56,585 nucleotides of DNA. Source: an uncultured Clostridium sp. GTDB taxonomy: Bacteria > Bacillota > Clostridia > TANB77 > CAG-508. The number at the start of each line of letters is the position of its first letter. Within the stretch, counting starts at the first letter, position 1. A program made the position numbers and the translations under genes. The notes under the pieces were generated by a model. That model searched no databases, had not been told where the DNA came from, and worked only from the letters and a program-made list of their open reading frames with translations. Below are positions 10,229 through 21,396 of the stretch, one piece after another. The stretch spans positions 1 through 56,585 of the forward strand of contig CAOJHH010000004.1 of assembly GCA_948436025.1 (NCBI GenBank), read 5' to 3'.

Positions 10229-11785
10229 TTACTTCTCCGCAATCTCCACATTGCAATTTCTGCCTTTTATTTGTTTTCCTTTCATCCCTTGTAGCACATC
10301 TTCTACATACTCACTTGGTACTTCTACAAAAGAAAATTTATCTAATATATTAATTTTTCCAATGTTCTGACTCTGTATACCACAGTTCGCTGCAATGCTT
10401 CCTACAAAGTCTTTTACTTTCATATTGTCTTTTTTCCCTAAATTGAAAAATAGTTTTACAATATCTCCGCTTTTGGTTTTGATTGCAATTTCATTTATTT
10501 TTTCTACTTTCGGTTTTCCATACTGTATGGTAATTAGGGCTTTTGCGATTTCTTCTATCTTATTTTTTTGTAATAATTCCGTTAAGATTTCTTCATTGGA
10601 AAATTCTTTTTTATCAATTACTTTTTGGATTTTTTCGATTGCTTTTGCATTTCGAATCTGGTTTATTTGTGCAAGAGTTGGAATGCTTCCTTCTTTTATT
10701 TTTGCTTTTGTATATTTTTTAATACTTTGCAGTTTACTTTTTTCTTTTCCTACCACAAAGGTAAAAGCCTTACCAGTATTTCCATTTCTTCCTGTTCTTC
10801 CAATACGATGTACATAATATTCCTCTTCTTGTGGTACATCGTAATTTAATACTAGTTCCACGTCTTGTATATCGATTCCTCTTGCTACTACATCGGTGGC
10901 TACTAGAATTTGGAATTCTCCCTTTCGCATTCGTTTCATAATTCTTTCTCTTGTGGTTTGTTTAATGTCTCCATGTAAGGCTTCTGCTTTGTAATTGTTT
11001 TGTTTTAACACTTCAATTAAATCATCCACTCTTTTCTTCGTATTACAAAAAACAATTGCTTTTTGTGGTCGGTAAATTTCAATTAGTCTCATAAGGGTTT
11101 CACTTTTCATTGCTTCTTTCATAGAAATTGAAATTTGTTCAATTTCATTTACCGTTAGTTCCTCTGCTGGAATTTTTACTTTTTTCGGATTGACTAAATA
11201 TTTTTTCGTAATGTCTAAAATTTTCTTATTCATGGTTGCTGAAAATAATACGGTCTGTCTTGGCTTTGGTACTTCTTTTAAAATAGCTTCTATATCCTCT
11301 TCAAACCCCATGTTTAGCATTTCATCTGCTTCATCTAATACACACATTGTTACTTGGTCTAGTTTTAGTGTTTTTCTTCTCATATGGTCTAGGATTCTTC
11401 CTGGTGTTCCTATTACAATTTGTACTCCCTTTTTTAGCATTTTAATTTGGGTATCAATGGATTGTCCTCCATAAATTGCAATTGTTTTTATGCCTTCTTG
11501 GTATTTTAGAAATTTTCTTACCTCATCTGCCACTTGTAGGGCAAGTTCTCTTGTTGGACAAAGCACAAGGGCTTGTACTTTTTTATTTGCCATATCAATT
11601 TTTTCAATCATTGGTAAACTATAGGAGGCAGTTTTTCCTGTTCCTGTTTTTGATTGCCCAATTAAGTCACTTCCCTTTAATACCATTGGAATAGCTTGTT
11701 CCTGAATTGGTGTAGGGTTTATATACCCCATATCCCCTAATGCTCTTTTCGTTTTTTGGTTTAACTCTAACTGTTCAAATGTCAT
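10229..11785 (-). CDS. DEAD-box RNA helicase with DbpA C-terminal RNA-binding domain (CshA/DeaD-like)
   Basis: Q motif, GTGKT, PTRELA, DEAD, SAT, HRIGRTGR; start placed at MTFEQL behind AAGGAG. Confidence 0.95.
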   Translation of the reverse strand: MTFEQLELNQKTKRALGDMGYINPTPIQEQAIPMVLKGSDLIGQSKTGTGKTASYSLPMIEKIDMANKKVQALVLCPTRELALQVADEVRKFLKYQEGIKTIAIYGGQSIDTQIKMLKKGVQIVIGTPGRILDHMRRKTLKLDQVTMCVLDEADEMLNMGFEEDIEAILKEVPKPRQTVLFSATMNKKILDITKKYLVNPKKVKIPAEELTVNEIEQISISMKEAMKSETLMRLIEIYRPQKAIVFCNTKKRVDDLIEVLKQNNYKAEALHGDIKQTTRERIMKRMRKGEFQILVATDVVARGIDIQDVELVLNYDVPQEEEYYVHRIGRTGRNGNTGKAFTFVVGKEKSKLQSIKKYTKAKIKEGSIPTLAQINQIRNAKAIEKIQKVIDKKEFSNEEILTELLQKNKIEEIAKALITIQYGKPKVEKINEIAIKTKSGDIVKLFFNLGKKDNMKVKDFVGSIAANCGIQSQNIGKINILDKFSFVEVPSEYVEDVLQGMKGKQIKGRNCNVEIAEK

Positions 11786-11830
11786 CTTTTTTCTCCTTTT
11801 CAAAACTATGGGCGGACACAAGGCCCGCCT

Positions 11831-12658
11831 CTACACTTCTTGTACACCTTTTAAATAATTAATATATTCTTCTAAACAATACCCTTTTTCTTTCATTACT
11901 TTGGCATGTTCTTTTCCTACATATCGCCAGTGCCATGATTCATAGGTAATTCCTGTAATGTCTTGCTTGTCCTTTGGATAACGTAGGATAAAACCATAGT
12001 TGTGTGCATTTTTTTGTAACCATTCAAAAGCTTTTGTTTCTTCAAATTCATTGGTAACGGTATTAAAGTCTGCTGCTAATCCCAAATTGTGCTCACTCAT
12101 TTCTGGTCTTTGTACAATGGTTTGTGCTAACTTTTCTGCATCTTCTTGTTTTTTTCCTTGCTTTTTGTATTCTTCTACTTTTCGTTTAAATAATTCTTCT
12201 TGTTTGTCATAACTTCGGTAAGCTGATTGTACCCAAATTTTGGTAATGCCTGCTTTATACATGGCATTAATCATCTCTTTTAAATAGGATATGGCTCTTT
12301 TATCAAATTGGATTCCATCATCAATTTCGGCAAGTTCTGGTACATAGCTTCTATCTACTGAATTATCTTTATTGACTAATTTTAAATTCCACTGGCTTAA
12401 TATTTCATCATTTTCATCTGTTTCTTGTGGTGTTGTTGTAGACGCTACGGTTACAGTATTTCCTTCTTGTATTGGTTCTTCTTGGTTACTTGTTTGTGAG
12501 GTAGTCGGTTCGTTTGGCTGGTCTTTTGGCTTGGTAAATAAGGAAATAATGCCTTTTATCATCATAACCAAAAGTAGGATTATGAGAATAAAACCGATTA
12601 ATAAAATCGTAATTCCTCGTATGAATTTCTTTTTATTGACTATTCTTCTTTTTGCCAA
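11831..12658 (-). CDS. M15B D-Ala-D-Ala carboxypeptidase (VanY-like), membrane anchored
   Basis: SAYRS, SEHNLGLAAD, YESWHWRYVG. Confidence 0.92.
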   Translation of the reverse strand: MAKRRIVNKKKFIRGITILLIGFILIILLLVMMIKGIISLFTKPKDQPNEPTTSQTSNQEEPIQEGNTVTVASTTTPQETDENDEILSQWNLKLVNKDNSVDRSYVPELAEIDDGIQFDKRAISYLKEMINAMYKAGITKIWVQSAYRSYDKQEELFKRKVEEYKKQGKKQEDAEKLAQTIVQRPEMSEHNLGLAADFNTVTNEFEETKAFEWLQKNAHNYGFILRYPKDKQDITGITYESWHWRYVGKEHAKVMKEKGYCLEEYINYLKGVQEV

Positions 12659-12753
12659 AAAACTTCACCTTCTTTCGTCTTCTCTTTTCATTTTATCTTT
12701 TCTTTTCTTTTTCGTCAATCCATTTTCTTGAACTTCCAAAAATTTCTGTAACA

Positions 12754-13407
12754 TCATCTTCTTGCAATGAGTGCTTTTATTTTTATGCCTTGATTTGAGA
12801 ACATGGTTTCATGTTCTGTTATAATGTTTTCTTCTTTTTCTTCTCTATGTAGGTCGTAGGTTTTCCATATAATATCAAAACCGGTTTGTTTAAAATAGGT
12901 TAGGCTGTCTATAAATAGATTGTCATCATCTGTTTTAAAATGAATTTCTCCGTTTTTTTGTAAAAACGTTTTATATAATTCTAGTTGCCTTGTATGGGTT
13001 AGTCTTTTTTTATGGTGTTTTCCTCTTGGCCATGGGTTGCAAAAATTGATATAAATGCGTTCTATTTTGTCATTTTCGTCAAGCATGGTTAAAATTTGTT
13101 CGATGTTACATCTTGTTAGAATAACATTATCAATTTCTCTTTGATTTTCTTTGTATACTTGTTCTACGTTTCTTTTGGCAAATCCTAACATGGTATCAAT
13201 TAAATCAATTCCAATAAAGTTTATGCTAGGGTGCCTACAAGCAAGGTTTGCCATAAATTGTCCTTTTCCACATCCGAGTTCTATATGGATTGGTCTTTCC
13301 ATAGGGAAAACACTTTTCCACTTTCCTTTGTATTCTTGTGGTTCTTGTATATAGAATTTTGCCTCTTCTAATTCTTGGGTTGTCCAATTTCTTTTTCGAA
13401 TTCTCAT
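12754..13407 (-). CDS. trmB: tRNA (guanine-N7)-methyltransferase
   Basis: MRIRK, IELGCGKG, NFCNPWP, HFKTD, TEHE. Confidence 0.95.
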   Translation of the reverse strand: MRIRKRNWTTQELEEAKFYIQEPQEYKGKWKSVFPMERPIHIELGCGKGQFMANLACRHPSINFIGIDLIDTMLGFAKRNVEQVYKENQREIDNVILTRCNIEQILTMLDENDKIERIYINFCNPWPRGKHHKKRLTHTRQLELYKTFLQKNGEIHFKTDDDNLFIDSLTYFKQTGFDIIWKTYDLHREEKEENIITEHETMFSNQGIKIKALIARR

Positions 13408-13477
13408 GTTTTTTCTTCTCCATTTTTTATTTTATGTTGTAGGGACTAGCATAATTTGCCTATCAAAGTATTGACCT

Positions 13478-15858
13478 TCACCCTTTCGGGTCGATGTGGG
13501 CATCGACCCCTATATTTCTATTTTTTCGTAATATTTTTTCGGTAGCATAATTGAATAGGATAAAATTTGCTATTGCAATGGCACCTAATAGAGCTACTAA
13601 TTCTATGTATTGTTTTGTAATCACAACTGAAAACCAATCTTTTAATATTACAAAACATGCTGTAAATAATGCTATCATACTAACCCATAAAATCGTTCTT
13701 AATAGATTAAATGGTTTACTAATTTTAGCAAGTAAAATAAATCCTGTCAATACCGTTAATATGACACAAAGGCTTGAGTAAATTTCCTTTGGAATGCTTG
13801 CATACCAACTAATAATAGCTGTAATAATAATATTGACTACTGTTGTTAATGCGGTGGGAAGAGATTTACTAATCACATTTTGTATAAATCTTCCTTTTAC
13901 TCGTTCTTTGTTTGGCTCTAATGCCAAAATAAAAGACGGAATTCCAATACAAACGAGTGCTATCAAACTTAATTGAATTGGCATAAATGGGTACGGCATA
14001 TGGGCAAATACAAAAATAATGGCTAAGATACTGGCATAGATTGTTTTCGATAAAAACAAACTAGCAGAACGTTCAATATTATTAATGGTTCGTCTTCCTT
14101 CGGCTACAATTTTTGGCATAGACTGAAAGTTCGAGTCTAATAGCACAAGCTTCGCTACATTACGAGCCGCATCGCTTCCGACTTGCAATGGCAATACTAC
14201 AATCGGCTTCTTTTAGAGCAATCACATCATTTACTCCATCTCCTGTCATTGCAACCGTGTGTCCCATTTCTTTCAAAGCTACAATTAATTGCTTTTTTTG
14301 GATTGGAGTTACTCTTCCAAAAATGGTATAATTCTTGACTGCTTGTTTTAATTGTTCCTCTGTTTTTATGGTACTGCAATCTATATAGTCTTGGTATTTC
14401 TCTATTCCTGCATGTTTTGCAATTTTGGAAACCGTTACTGGATTATCACCAGAAATAATTTTAATCTCGACTCCTTGTTCTTTAAAATAAGCTAAGGTTT
14501 CTTTGGCTTTTGGTCTTATGGTATCGGTTAATAACACCATTCCTAAATATTCTACCTCTTGTGGTAATCCTTCTTTTTTTAATACCTCTTTGGAACGTGC
14601 TAATACCACAACTCGGTAGTCTTCAATTTGTGCTTCAATATCGTCTTTATACTTATCAAACTGTTCTCGTAACACATATTCTGGTGCCCCTAAAATATAG
14701 CTTTCGCCATTTTTAAAGGATATGCCTGACCATTTTTTGTCTGATGTAAAGGGAATTTCTTTTAGTATTTCTGCTTCTACTGGTTTAGAAAAAGCCTGCT
14801 TAATTGCCTCTATGGTTCCATTATTATCTTTTGAATATTTGCCAAGTAAAGATAATATATTTGCCATTTCTTCTTTGTCATTTTTTGCAATATAACCTGT
14901 TACTTCCATTTTTCCTTCGGTAATGGTTCCTGTTTTATCTAAACATAGCACATCTACTCTTGCTAAGGTTTCAATACAATATAACTCTTGTACTAGTACT
15001 TTGTTTTTGGATAATCGAATAACACTAACAGCCAAAACGGTACTTGTTAGTAATACTAATCCTTCTGGTATCATTCCAATAATCGCTGCCACCGTATTGA
15101 CCACTGCATTTTTTACGGTATTTCCTTCTAGTCCTAATTGGTTAAAAAATAGTAATGCTCCAATTGGAATAATCACAATGGATACCGTTTTTATAATTTT
15201 ATTTAAGGAATTCATAATTTCGGAGTTGATTTTTTTCATGCATTTTGCTTCTTTGGAGATTTTATAGGTATAATTTTCGTCTCCAATATGTTCTACCTTT
15301 CCGAGTACACCTACCACTAACAATATAACTACCCGATAAAAGCATATCACCTTTTTTCTTAAATCTTGCATCCGATTCTCCGGTAATACAGGCTTCATTT
15401 ACTTCTACTTCGCCTTCACAGACAATACAATCATTTACAATTTGGTTTCCTGCTTGAAATAACACAATGTCATCTAATACGACTTCATTTATGCCAATGT
15501 TTTGTTCTTTACCATCTCTTCGTACCAAAACCTTACTTTCCGAAATTACAGATAATTTATCGATTGTGCGTTTTGAATGAATTTCTTGTATGGTACTAAT
15601 TGCTGTATTAATAATGACAAGCCATAAAAATAGCATATTTTTATAGGATTTCACACTAAAAATTGCTAAAGCTAATAATACATTTATTAAATTAAATACG
15701 GTAAAAAAGTTACTACAAATAATTGCTTTTATACTCTTAGTTTTAGCTGTCATATCGCAATTAACTAAGTTATTCTTAATTCTTTCATCTATTTGTTCTT
15801 TTGTTAAACCTGTTTTACAATCTGGATTATATCGTATATTTTCTATTTTTTCTTCCAT
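13478..15858 (-). CDS. cation-transporting P-type ATPase, about 792 aa, with two +1 shifts at CGGA (15300-15303, 14177-14180)
   Basis: TGES, IPEGL, DKTGTIT, SGDN and GDGVND motifs; IAS-[CGGA]-SDAAR restores the conserved GSD motif. Confidence 0.93.
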
Positions 15859-15968
15859 CCTTTTGCTCCTTATCTAGCATGCATTATATCACTTGTTTAA
15901 TAGAAATACTATTAATTTTTTCTTAAAAAAGCATTTCAGTAATTTTACTTTCTGAAATGCTTTTTTTC

Positions 15969-17657
15969 CTATTTTAATTTTTCTTCTACTAAATTCCAAA
16001 TATCTTCATTTTCTCGGTCTTTTTCCCAAAAGGCACTTCCTGCTAGTTCATATTGGTTTATTAAATCGATTTTTGCACGGATGGACTCCGTATCTTCTAT
16101 CCACATTTGGTATTTATCGCTTTCTTTTGTATACTCTACGTAATATTGTTTTGTAAGTTCATCCCAATTTTTTGATGAGTCTGTTGGTAAGCTTTGTTCT
16201 ACTTTGTTCATATTCACCACAGAACTAGTTACTTTTCCATTTTTGTCTGTTTTCCATAGTCTTGTATATAAAGGCATTCCTAAAATAATTTTTTCTTTTG
16301 GTACATCTTCTTGTCCTAAGAATTTTTTTATATTAGCTTCTACCCAATCACATCCTGCAACAGTTCCTACTCCTGTACTTGTTCCATGTTGATCATACGC
16401 CATAAACATCATGTAATCAGAAGCTTTTGCTAGGGCATCTCTATCAAAACATAACGACCAATTTTCGCTTCCATCTGGTGCTGTTACATCAACTGAGGTT
16501 ACAATTCCATATTCTCTTAATCGTGGAGCAAGTTCAATAATAAACCTAGAATAGGCGTCTTTATCTTCCATGTTCATAAATTCAAAATCGACATTAATCC
16601 CATCTACTTTGTATTTGGTAGCAAGTTGTACAATTTGCTCAATCATTTCGGTTCTTAATGTATAATCATTCAATATTTCAGAGGTTTTGGCTTTCATAGA
16701 ATTATTGGAAAACATTGGCCAAATTTTGTATCCTTTTTCTCTCGCCCATGCAATATAGGCTTCTCCTCCTTTTTTGGTATTATCGTTAATAACAACACCA
16801 TCTGCATTTTTTAGTGAAAAGAAGGATGGGCTTACTACATTAATCCCTGGTATGGTTTCGTTTCTTACTGGCGCCTCTACATATTCGGAATAATAATCCC
16901 ATACTAAATTTATTTTTCCTGCAATTTGTGGTTTTGTTTCTAATTTTTCTCTTACAGTTGTTTTATTGGCTAGTTTATCAGATTTAATATAACCAATTTT
17001 TCCATTTCCTGTACGAATACGGCTATATCCATCTTTTTCTGAAATAACCACTACTTTGGAACCCTGGTCTAGTTTATCTACGGTTCTTGCAATTAGTTTT
17101 GTGGTTGCTTTTACAGTTACTTTTTTGGAAGTATCCGCTTTTATTAATTCTCTGTCTAAAGAATCTAATGTAATAACTTTATTATCAATATTCTCAATTT
17201 CAAGATTATATATTTTTGCCATTTCTGAAATTGGTAAATAAAATACACCATCTTTTCTTAGTGCACCATCCACTAATTTTACCTCTGCACTATTTACCAT
17301 CATCTTTTTTTGAGTTAAAGAAAGAACTGCCACTTTTGTATCCGAAGTTGTAATAATTTGATTGTTTGTTTTGTCATAATAAATTTGTCCATCAAAATAG
17401 TTTTCAATATCCTCCATAGATGCATATACAACATTACTTTCATTAATCCATATATCATGTTTTAATTTTCCTGTTACGTTATTGTTATTGATAATAAAAT
17501 TAATTTTGCCTTCATTTGGGTCTTTTTTAAAGTTTGGTGAAATAATTAAAACAATACAAGCAAGCATCAGTAATGCTCCCACAACAACAATTTTCTTCCA
17601 AATATTCTTTTTTTCTTTCTTAACTTTGGCTCTTTTTCCTTCTTTACTGTTTTCCAT
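15969..17657 (-). CDS. GH18 glycosyl hydrolase with SH3-like domain, membrane anchored
   Basis: DGINVDFE catalytic motif, MAYDQH, LGMPLY. Confidence 0.88.
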   Translation of the reverse strand: MENSKEGKRAKVKKEKKNIWKKIVVVGALLMLACIVLIISPNFKKDPNEGKINFIINNNNVTGKLKHDIWINESNVVYASMEDIENYFDGQIYYDKTNNQIITTSDTKVAVLSLTQKKMMVNSAEVKLVDGALRKDGVFYLPISEMAKIYNLEIENIDNKVITLDSLDRELIKADTSKKVTVKATTKLIARTVDKLDQGSKVVVISEKDGYSRIRTGNGKIGYIKSDKLANKTTVREKLETKPQIAGKINLVWDYYSEYVEAPVRNETIPGINVVSPSFFSLKNADGVVINDNTKKGGEAYIAWAREKGYKIWPMFSNNSMKAKTSEILNDYTLRTEMIEQIVQLATKYKVDGINVDFEFMNMEDKDAYSRFIIELAPRLREYGIVTSVDVTAPDGSENWSLCFDRDALAKASDYMMFMAYDQHGTSTGVGTVAGCDWVEANIKKFLGQEDVPKEKIILGMPLYTRLWKTDKNGKVTSSVVNMNKVEQSLPTDSSKNWDELTKQYYVEYTKESDKYQMWIEDTESIRAKIDLINQYELAGSAFWEKDRENEDIWNLVEEKLK

Positions 17658-17856
17658 TAAAATTCTCCTTTTTCTTTTTTAGTATGCTACTACTATATCA
17701 TAAAATACATTTTTCGCAAATAATTTTAAAAGAATTTTAAGAAAATTTCTCTTTTGGACTCCATACAATTTACTTAAAATCCTGTAAAACTATTTCTTTT
17801 TTCCATATTTTATAGTATAATAATACTGTAGTTTTAAAAAAGTGAGGGTGATGTTT

Positions 17857-18291
17857 ATGTGGCAAGTATGGTTAGTTATTTCTGGAATTTGTTTTATTTT
17901 AGAAATTATTACAATTGGCTTTTTAGTATTTTGGTTTGCCATTGGTGCTTTAATTACCGCTCTTGTTAGTTTGTTTACCGATAATATTATTGTTCAAACC
18001 ACTGTATTTGTCCTTAGTTCTACTGCCTTACTATTTCTTACAAAACCATTTGTAAAAAAATTTTCTAAAGAAGATAAAGTTCAAACCAATGCTTATTCTG
18101 TCATTGGAAAAAAAGGAATTGTTACAAAAGAAATCTCAGAAAAGACAGGAATTGGCTTAGTTAGCGTTGGTAGTGAGGTTTGGACTGCAAAAGCTTCTTC
18201 TTCTATTCCAAAAGGTAGCGAAGTCATCATAAAAGAAATTGATGGTGTAAAAGTAATTGTTGAGCCTATTACAGAGCCTGTTTTAAAATAG
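17857..18291 (+). CDS. NfeD family protein
   Basis: N-terminal TMs, GKKGIV, VGSEVWTA OB-fold; adjacent to the SPFH gene. Confidence 0.88.
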   Translation: MWQVWLVISGICFILEIITIGFLVFWFAIGALITALVSLFTDNIIVQTTVFVLSSTALLFLTKPFVKKFSKEDKVQTNAYSVIGKKGIVTKEISEKTGIGLVSVGSEVWTAKASSSIPKGSEVIIKEIDGVKVIVEPITEPVLK

Positions 18292-18331
18292 TTTTTGATA
18301 TTTTTATATATATTTTTAAGGAGGATTTATT

Positions 18332-19234
18332 ATGGCATTTTTAATTATATTATTAATCATTATCGTGATTATTGCATTTAAATCAATTAAAATTGTTAAA
18401 CAAGCCGAGGTGTACATTATTGAAAGACTTGGTAAATACCACAAAATTGCAGATGCTGGTCTTACCATTATTGTTCCATTTATTGACCATGTTCGTAGTG
18501 TTGTAAGTTTAAAACAACAAACCATGGATATTCCACCTCAAGGCGTTATTACCAAAGATAATGTTACGATTACAATTGATACAGTTGTATTCTATAAAAT
18601 AACCGACCCTGCAAAAGCAGTGTACGAAATTCAAAGTTTGAAAAAAGGTATTGAATATTTGGCCATTACTACCATTCGTGATATTGTTGGTAAAATGGAC
18701 TTAGATGCTACCTTTAGTTCAAGAGATGCGATTAACGACCAATTACGTGTCATCTTAGATGAAGCAACCGACCAATGGGGCTGTAAAGTTGACCGTGTGG
18801 AAATTAAGGATATTACCCCACCTGCTGATATTCGTGACGCCATGGAAAAACAAATGAATGCAGAACGTAATAAAAGGGCTTTAATTTTACAAGCAGAAGG
18901 AGAAAGACAATCTGCCATTACCATTGCTGAAGGACAAAAAGAAGCTGCCATTTTACAAGCAGAAGCTGACCGTGAAGCAAAAATAAGACGTGCAGCCGGT
19001 GAAGCAGACGCCATCAAAAAAGTAGCAGAAGCAAAAGCAAAAGAAGTAGAAATGATTTATGCTGCAATGAAAAAAGCCGAACCAGACGATAAGTTAGTTC
19101 AACTAAAATCGTTAGAAGCATTAGAAGAAGTTGCCAAAGGAGACGCAAACAAAGTGTTTATTCCATTTGAAGCGACAAAAGCACTTTCTAGCTTAGGTGC
19201 TATCAAAGAAATTTTTAATGATGAAAAGAAATAA
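18332..19234 (+). CDS. SPFH/stomatin (band 7) protein
   Basis: IERLGKY, VITKDNV, VEIKDI, MEKQMNAER. Confidence 0.95.
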   Translation: MAFLIILLIIIVIIAFKSIKIVKQAEVYIIERLGKYHKIADAGLTIIVPFIDHVRSVVSLKQQTMDIPPQGVITKDNVTITIDTVVFYKITDPAKAVYEIQSLKKGIEYLAITTIRDIVGKMDLDATFSSRDAINDQLRVILDEATDQWGCKVDRVEIKDITPPADIRDAMEKQMNAERNKRALILQAEGERQSAITIAEGQKEAAILQAEADREAKIRRAAGEADAIKKVAEAKAKEVEMIYAAMKKAEPDDKLVQLKSLEALEEVAKGDANKVFIPFEATKALSSLGAIKEIFNDEKK

Positions 19235-19244
19235 TAAGATGTAA

Positions 19245-19281
19245 AGCAAAAGGGAATTCGATAATCGAATTCCCTTTTGCT
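19245..19281. terminator. strong hairpin after the SPFH gene
   Basis: agcaaaagggaattcgat / atcgaattcccttttgct inverted repeat. Confidence 0.7.
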
Positions 19282-19320
19282 GTTTCAACATTGACTGTTA
19301 TTGTTCAGACATAATTCACT

Positions 19321-19528
19321 TTTAAGAACCCCCAGTCAGCTTCGCTGACAGCCCCCTTGTTAAAGGGGCTTTCTTGCAACGCTTCGTAAGAATACGTAAA
19401 TTGAAACTATTTACAGAATATTATTTTTTATGATTTTGCACTTATTAATTGCATACAAACTCCAAAGGCTTTACAGGAAAGCCCCTTTAACAAGGGGGCT
19501 GCCGCGGAGCGGCTGGGGGTTCTTAAAA
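19321..19528. mobile_element. MITE/REPIN-like element bounded by about 50-bp inverted GC-rich repeats
   Basis: taagaacccccag..hairpin..cagcccccttgttaaaggggctttc at the left, its reverse complement at the right; third copy at 41588-41636. Confidence 0.6.
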
Positions 19529-19578
19529 GCAATTAATATAAAAAATTATTACCTCTGAATTGTTATATTTGACTTTTA

Positions 19579-20287
19579 TTAATGAATTCGCATTAATTTA
19601 AAATCCAAATAATCCCCACTAACTAGATTAAATTCGATTCCTTCTACCTTTCCTTCAATGGCGTCTTTGTGGGAATGGGAATGTAAATGCCCATACATAC
19701 ATTTTTGTACATGGTATTGTTTCATGGTTTCTACAAATTGTAGCTCTAGTTTGTTTAGGATAGCTGAATTGGTAATTGGTGGATAGTGCATGAAGACATA
19801 AATTGGCTTATCTTCTCCGTATTTGGTTATTCCTTCATGGAGGGATAATTCTAGCCTTCCTAATTCACGGTTTAGTATTTTTCCTTGTCCTTCTAAATCG
19901 TTTAAGGTCCAGCCTCTTGTTCCGGTTAGGATAATTCCTTCGTAAAAAAAGCTATTATTAAATAAAAAATCAATCGTATCAAAATGGTTTTCGGCTAAAT
20001 AATTTTTCATTTTGGTTATGGTTGTCCACCAATAATCGTGGTTTCCTTTTAATAAGATTTTTCTTCCTGGTAACTCGTTTAGGTATTGGAAATCGAGATA
20101 CGCCTCTTCTAGACTCATAGCCCATGAAAAATCACCGTGGTAATACCACGACATCGTCGTTCTTTACTTTTTTTAACCAATCTTCTTTTATTTTTTGTTC
20201 GTGATTTTCCCAATTGTCTCCAAAAATGTTCATTGGTTTTGGATTTTTGAAAGACAAATGTAAATCGGCTATTACATAGATTGCCAT
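19579..20287 (-). CDS. calcineurin-like metallophosphoesterase, about 235 aa, +1 shift at CGGT (20134-20137)
   Basis: IADLHLS ... VVLP-[CGGT]-DFSW ... KGNHD ... MHYPP ... YGHLH. Confidence 0.9.
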
Positions 20288-20347
20288 GTTTATTTCCTTT
20301 CTTTATTTTTCTTATCATCTAGTAATCGAGTCGATGTGGGTATCCCC

Positions 20348-21352
20348 CTATAACATGCCTATTTTTAAATTAGGAATGGCGTTTAAGGATAAATCGGAGG
20401 TTTCTCCTTGTATAAAATGATAATACCCAGCAGAGGCTATCATAGCAGCATTATCGGTGCATAGCGAAAGTTCTGGATAATATACTTCTACTCCCTCTTC
20501 TTGTCCCATTTTAAAAAAAGCTTCTCTTATATGAAAATTGGCAGAAACGCCTCCTGCAATTGCTAATTTTTTTACGTTTAATTGCTGTAAGGCTTTTTTG
20601 GTATTGGTAAGGAGCATATCAATTACTGTTTGTTCAAAACTGGCACATAAATCCGCCTTATTTACTTCTGGATTTTTATGGTACAGATTTAAAATTGCCG
20701 TTTTAATTCCACTAAAACTAAAATCCAAACTATTATCAAAATACGTATGTGGTAACGGAATATTCACCTTTCCTTCTTTTGCAAGTTTATCAATTTTGGG
20801 TCCTCCCGGATAGGGTAAGCCAATTACTCTTGCTACTTTATCGAAAGCCTCTCCTATGGCATCATCTCTTGTGTGTGCTAATATTTCAAATTCAGTATAG
20901 TCTTTGATGTGGACTAAATGGGTATGTCCACCTGATATTACCAAGCATAAAAATGGTGGCTGTAAATCTTTATGAGTAATATAGTTTGCCGCAATATGTC
21001 CTTCAATGTGGTTTACTCCTACCAATGGTTTACTAAGAGCATATGCTAATGCTTTTGCATAGGCAACTCCTACTAAAAGAGCTCCTACTAATCCCGGACC
21101 ATAGGTTGGGCAAATAGCGGAAATTTCCTCATAAGAAATGTTCGCTTGTTCTAGTGCTTCTTTGGTAACGGCTGAAATAGCTTCTACATGGTTTCTGGAT
21201 GCAATTTCTGGAACCACTCCTCCAAATTGTTTATGAATATCAATTTGAGAATGTATCACGTTAGAAAGAACCTCTCTTCCATTTTTTACAACTGCAACGG
21301 AGGTTTCATCACAACTTGATTCAATTCCTAAGGTATAAATATCGTTCTTCAT
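20348..21352 (-). CDS. tsaD: t6A37 threonylcarbamoyltransferase TsaD
   Basis: [37 protein letters not shown]. Confidence 0.98.
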   Translation of the reverse strand: MKNDIYTLGIESSCDETSVAVVKNGREVLSNVIHSQIDIHKQFGGVVPEIASRNHVEAISAVTKEALEQANISYEEISAICPTYGPGLVGALLVGVAYAKALAYALSKPLVGVNHIEGHIAANYITHKDLQPPFLCLVISGGHTHLVHIKDYTEFEILAHTRDDAIGEAFDKVARVIGLPYPGGPKIDKLAKEGKVNIPLPHTYFDNSLDFSFSGIKTAILNLYHKNPEVNKADLCASFEQTVIDMLLTNTKKALQQLNVKKLAIAGGVSANFHIREAFFKMGQEEGVEVYYPELSLCTDNAAMIASAGYYHFIQGETSDLSLNAIPNLKIGML

Positions 21353-21396
21353 TTTATTTTCCTTTTTCTAGTTTGTTTTATTTTTACGGGTCGCCC

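Noticed and set aside
11831-12658. VanY-like gene as a vancomycin resistance cluster
   Set aside because: No vanA/B/H/X/R/S neighbours; stand-alone M15B carboxypeptidases are common housekeeping enzymes.
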